Made by a program: the position numbers and the translations under genes. Below are positions 25,618 to 29,517 of a stretch of DNA of 29,517 nucleotides, in pieces. Below the pieces are notes generated by a model. That model ran no database searches and was not told the origin of the DNA. It was given only the letters and a program-made list of their open reading frames with translations. How positions within the stretch are numbered: position 1 is the stretch's first letter; each line of letters opens with the position of its first letter. Source of the DNA: Candidatus Multivoradales bacterium (GTDB lineage: Bacteria > Acidobacteriota > Thermoanaerobaculia > Multivoradales > J023); the NCBI GenBank assembly GCA_965248925.1, contig CBDFLE010000001.1, positions 1 to 29,517 on the forward strand, given 5' to 3'.

Positions 25618-26370
25618 ATGAGAATTGCAGTCACGAACCAGAAAGGCGGCGCGGGCAAGACCACCACAGCCGTCAGCCTAGCCGCCGCCCTAGCCGGGAT
25701 GGGCCACCGATGCCTGTTGATCGACCTCGACCCACAGGCGAGCGCGTCACGATGGTTGGGGGTCGAGGGCGGGCGAGAGTTTCTCGATGTCTTGGGTGAG
25801 GACGGCAAGGTGGCCGACCTGGTGAAGCCGACCGGAGTCAAGAACCTCGACCTGGTGCCATCGTCGCTCTACCTGGGCCAGGTGGAACGAACACTCGCAA
25901 CGGAGCCTGGCGCGGAAAAGATCCTTGGACAATGCATGCAGGGACTTCGCGGCTGGTCTTACATCTTTATCGACCTACCGCCAGCGGTGGGGCTACTGTC
26001 GTTCATGGGGTTGACCGCCGCAGACTGCGCTCTGGTGGCGTGCGAATCATCCGCCGATGGAGTTGCCGGCCTAGCTGCGGTGACCTCTACTCTGGCCAAG
26101 GTCCGCGAGCGCTGCAATCCGAAGCTCTCGCTGTTGGGGGTCTTGCAATGTCGCGCCAACATGCAGACTCGGCTTGCAAGGCAGGTTCGCGAGCACCTGC
26201 AGGCGACGTTCAACGGTAAGACCTTCAATACGGTGATCCGCCAGGATGTCCGGATGACCGAATGTCTCGGCGCTGGCGAACCCATCGGCCACTATGCGCC
26301 GGGCTGCAACTCGGCCATCGACTATGAAGCGCTCGCTACGGAGATCCTCGGGAGCACCGGCCATGCCTAA
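25618..26370 (+). CDS. parA: ParA ATPase (copy 2)
   Basis: Repeat of 6878-7630. Confidence 0.95.
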   Translation: MRIAVTNQKGGAGKTTTAVSLAAALAGMGHRCLLIDLDPQASASRWLGVEGGREFLDVLGEDGKVADLVKPTGVKNLDLVPSSLYLGQVERTLATEPGAEKILGQCMQGLRGWSYIFIDLPPAVGLLSFMGLTAADCALVACESSADGVAGLAAVTSTLAKVRERCNPKLSLLGVLQCRANMQTRLARQVREHLQATFNGKTFNTVIRQDVRMTECLGAGEPIGHYAPGCNSAIDYEALATEILGSTGHA

Positions 26371-26659
26371 ACCGATCCACTTAGCCACGCCGACCTCTGA
26401 CGCCATCGATGGTCTGCTGTCCGATACACCCGCGCGTAGAGTGCGCAGAGCCTCCCAACAGAACCCCGCCTCTCGGCGAAAGAAGGCCACCACGGCAGCA
26501 AAACGCCGACAGGTGGCAGACGGGCACCGCCGAACAACACTAGACCTTCCAGCTGACCTTCATGAGCGGTTACGTAGGGCTGCTTTCGAGACGGACCGCT
26601 CGATCAAATCCATCTTGGTCGAAGCCGCTGGTCCGTGGCTCAAAGAGGCTGGTTATTGA
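26363..26659 (+). CDS. ParG-like RHH protein (copy 2)
   Basis: Repeat of 7623-7919. Confidence 0.85.
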   Translation: MPKPIHLATPTSDAIDGLLSDTPARRVRRASQQNPASRRKKATTAAKRRQVADGHRRTTLDLPADLHERLRRAAFETDRSIKSILVEAAGPWLKEAGY

Positions 26660-26759
26660 GCTATGGCGTTACATAGCAACATAGTTGCATAACACAACTA
26701 CGAGTGGAGTGACTACTACAAACAGGGTGGCAGGTGTCCGGCACTTGGGGAGAGGGAGG

Positions 26760-27770
26760 CTAACGAGACATCCGAGGAAGCACGTCTTTGCCCGAAGAAA
26801 TGATCGCGTCACTCTTGCCCACTTTGAGCACCCACCGCTTCTTGGGTCGGCCTCGACCCGTTGAGGGGAAGAAGCCATCATGCACAATGCTGGCCTTCAA
26901 CCGCCCCTTCGTCGCTAGCATGATCTCGTCGTGGTACCGCTTGAGCCGAGCAATCGCGTTCCGGTCAGGCTCTTTCCCGTCACGGAATAGGCTCATCAGC
27001 ACGTCATGGGGTACAACGCTTGAGCTTCTCGCTCGGCCACAGCGAGCAACCAGGAAGCAAGCATAGTCCCAGCCTACAGGCCGGTCGATAAACAGCCGCA
27101 GGAGATCCAGCGGCACAATCATCTGATTCTGTGCGGCTACTAGATACGCCCAGAAGTCTCGCGAGAGCACGACGCCATACGGCGACGCTGCTAGGTCAGG
27201 ATCTTCAACCAGTGCTGGCAGTACCTGCTGACCAATCCGCTCAGCCCGCAAGTCCTTACGGGTTGGCAGCGCATAGCGCCGGATCACGAAAATCTGATCA
27301 CCGAAGCTATTGTCGTCCAGTTCCGCTTCCGAATGGGCAAACGAGAGCTTGATTGAAAGCCCCGCTATCCTCCGAAATCGCTGCCGCAGTAGCTCTAGAT
27401 TCTGGCCGTTCTCTACGAGACCAAACATGCGCAAGAGTTGCCCCACGCGCTCGAAATAGACCACGGGGCTATCTTGCTCGAGGGCAAGGTGCTGTATCCC
27501 TGCGAGCACAAAACGATCTTCGCCGAAGGGTAGCTCGCTGTCAGCCCGGTAGGTCACCCGGAGCCACGTATCTGCACCGAGTCTAAGGGTACGTTCGAGC
27601 AACTGCTTACCGGACCGCTTCTTCGGCAGTCCTGCCAGTGCGATGGCTCGCGCTAGGCGCAGCGCGTCGGTGCGCACCTGACGCCGCTGGCTATCTTCGA
27701 GATGGTCAGCAAACGAGGTAATCAGCTCCACTCGTCTGTTGAGTCTCGATCCTGTGCGCTGCTTTGCCAT
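26760..27770 (-). CDS. repA: RepA_C-like initiator (copy 2)
   Basis: Repeat of 8020-9030. Confidence 0.8.
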   Translation of the reverse strand: MAKQRTGSRLNRRVELITSFADHLEDSQRRQVRTDALRLARAIALAGLPKKRSGKQLLERTLRLGADTWLRVTYRADSELPFGEDRFVLAGIQHLALEQDSPVVYFERVGQLLRMFGLVENGQNLELLRQRFRRIAGLSIKLSFAHSEAELDDNSFGDQIFVIRRYALPTRKDLRAERIGQQVLPALVEDPDLAASPYGVVLSRDFWAYLVAAQNQMIVPLDLLRLFIDRPVGWDYACFLVARCGRARSSSVVPHDVLMSLFRDGKEPDRNAIARLKRYHDEIMLATKGRLKASIVHDGFFPSTGRGRPKKRWVLKVGKSDAIISSGKDVLPRMSR

Positions 27771-27800
27771 AACTTCTTGACACTTACACTACCACAGAGA

Positions 27801-28043
27801 TTTTCCACAGGAGTTTGTGGAATACGGGTGTTTTCCACGAATGCGAGAGTGCGTTAATAGGGTCGATCTACGAATGCGAGAGTGCGTTATTACCGGGGTC
27901 TTGCGAATCCGAAGATGCGTAATACGGGCTTCGAACGAATGCGAGAGTGCGTTATTACCCACAAACCCCTGTTCTGCGAGTGCTTTAGAGCGCCCTCAGA
28001 GTCTTCTTCAGAGTCTTCTTCAGAGTTACCTACACAGAGTTAG
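27801..28043 (+). repeat. oriV: DnaA boxes, iterons and 12-bp repeats (copy 2)
   Basis: Repeat of 9061-9303. Confidence 0.85.
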
Positions 28044-28532
28044 TGCTCCCTCAGACTGAGGAAAACTCGCAAAACCGAGTTTCCCTCAACCCTCGGGGCA
28101 CCGACGGCTAGGTCTGTGGTTTGGAGAAGTTTCAAGCTGAATCGCTAGTGCGACCCGTTCTCTGATTTAACGATCGCCAACCCTGCCCAAACTCGGCCAA
28201 GAACGGAGAGCGTCACCGAAGCGGTCTTCCCCAAACAGCTGTGTTTCGAGGGTCGTCGAGGTTCCCGCCTAACCCTTCCTCCTTGCCAATCCGATCAGTC
28301 CCACAGCGTGCCACCACGCCGCTGCTAGCCTGCTAACCCTGCCCAAAATCAGCCGTAGAGAGCAATGAAGCCCCCCGGTTGGAGTGGGTAGGGAAGGCAT
28401 GCAGAGATGACGTATCAACCCCGTTCGAAAGCCTCCGCCTGGACCGACCGGCCCACCCCATGGGGGCCTATTATTTCACCGTCAGGCTAGGATAATTGAG
28501 GCGGTCCGCCTTCTCGGGTAGATCGCCTCTTG

Positions 28533-29517
28533 CTACCACGGCGCACGGGCGCCGCAAGGCTTGCTGCGCTTGATTACCTGTCTTGCGATTTCCAGATGGG
28601 CTAGGGCAAGCTGACCAGCTTTAGCCAGTTCGCCGAGCTTAACGACAACAGCCAAAGCCAGCCGGTTGCTGCGTAAGGGAGTCGCCAGGTCTGCAAACAC
28701 AGTCGCGATGGCACATGCATCGATCGGCCGGTTGAGGTCGAGTAGCGTCTCGGCCAGGTCGATGGCGGCGATCGCCTGATCCAAGGGGTTGCCCAGGTCT
28801 TCGGCCACCCCGACCAGCCGCTCGGCTGCTTGGCCAAGTTCGCCACGCTTGCGGTAGATGCTGGCCTCAGTCCACCTGATGACCGCCTCCGCTTGTTTAC
28901 TGCCAGCGGGCAACTCAGCGTGTGCAAGAGCAAGTAGGTCGATTGCCTTGTCGGTATTGGTGCAGTATTTTGCCCGTGCTGCCCATGCCGTAGATCGCCA
29001 TGATCCACCGTATTCTTGTGGGATCAGGCGCAGCGTTTCAGCGGCAGCCCCTAGTGCTGCTCCCACGTTGCCGGTAGCCTCCCATACCGAAGATCTCATC
29101 GGCCGCCACCTTGCCGATCCCGGTTAGGTCGTGGAGGGCACCGTAGCCGGCCGCTGCCTGTGAGCTTACTCGCAAACTGGCGCTGAATCGGCCTGTGGTG
29201 GCAATGACCACCGATACCCGCCGCAACACATCTGGACGCGCGGCCGGTGCCCACGCCGAGAGTTCTAACGCTGGCAGGTAGATCGCCGCCGCTTCGCGGG
29301 TTGCCCCGCCCAGCCGGTAAGTTGAGCCGAGTTTACCCAGTGCCGTTGCCGTGATGCCGATGGACTCCCCACCGCCCCTGCTCGACTGCTCGATCAGCGC
29401 CCGCGCTCGCCGCGCCGCTGTGGGGAGGTTCCGGCCTAGCTGGTCTTCAATGATTGCGAGCTGCCCACGCTGAACGGTTGCTCGCGCTCGGTCAACTGGA
29501 GTCCACAGCCCGTTCCT
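28533..29517 (-). CDS. TPR-like protein (copy 2; 5' end outside the window, +1 A near 29091)
   Basis: Repeat of 9793-10776. Confidence 0.75.

Larger units (their letters stand above)
18745..29517 (+). repeat. Second, partial direct copy of positions 1-10776
   Basis: All ORFs recur at offsets of 18744-18740. Differences are single-base indels, mostly in short runs, plus one substitution. Confidence 0.98.

Noticed and set aside
18745-29517. Biological gene duplication with divergence
   Set aside because: The differences look like sequencing indels, and the junction is seamless within the recombinase gene, as expected for a circle.

Overview
The window is about 1.57 passes of one 18,744-bp unit: 1-10776 recurs at 18745-29517 with only a few single-base differences. 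It is most simply a small circular plasmid read or assembled past its junction, or a head-to-tail multimer. The backbone has a RepA_C-type initiator with DnaA boxes and 33-bp-phased iterons, a type Ib ParA plus ribbon-helix-helix (RHH) partition locus with flanking centromere-like repeats, oriT-mobC-MOB(P) relaxase, and a TnpS/Cre-like tyrosine recombinase translationally coupled to a small SWIM zinc-finger gene. The relaxase is split by a 1,640-bp IS3-family element with a GAGC target duplication and unusual subterminal IRs. Cargo: an operon for a secreted 4-Cys peptide, a helical/TonB-C-like exported protein and an Ig-like/VWA-like protein; a TPR-like protein divergent from an operon encoding an apparently catalytically dead RadC/JAB-like protein; two RHH plus small-membrane-protein pairs; and a secreted 8-Cys protein. 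Hand alignment shows a mosaic history: a second diverged oriT-like region on the opposite strand, a relic second relaxase 3' end cut by an orphan 38-bp Tn3-family IR, and a duplicated ~135-bp non-coding element. The cargo families suggest an Acidobacteriota (Thermoanaerobaculia-like) host, but this is from recall only. No database searches were run.
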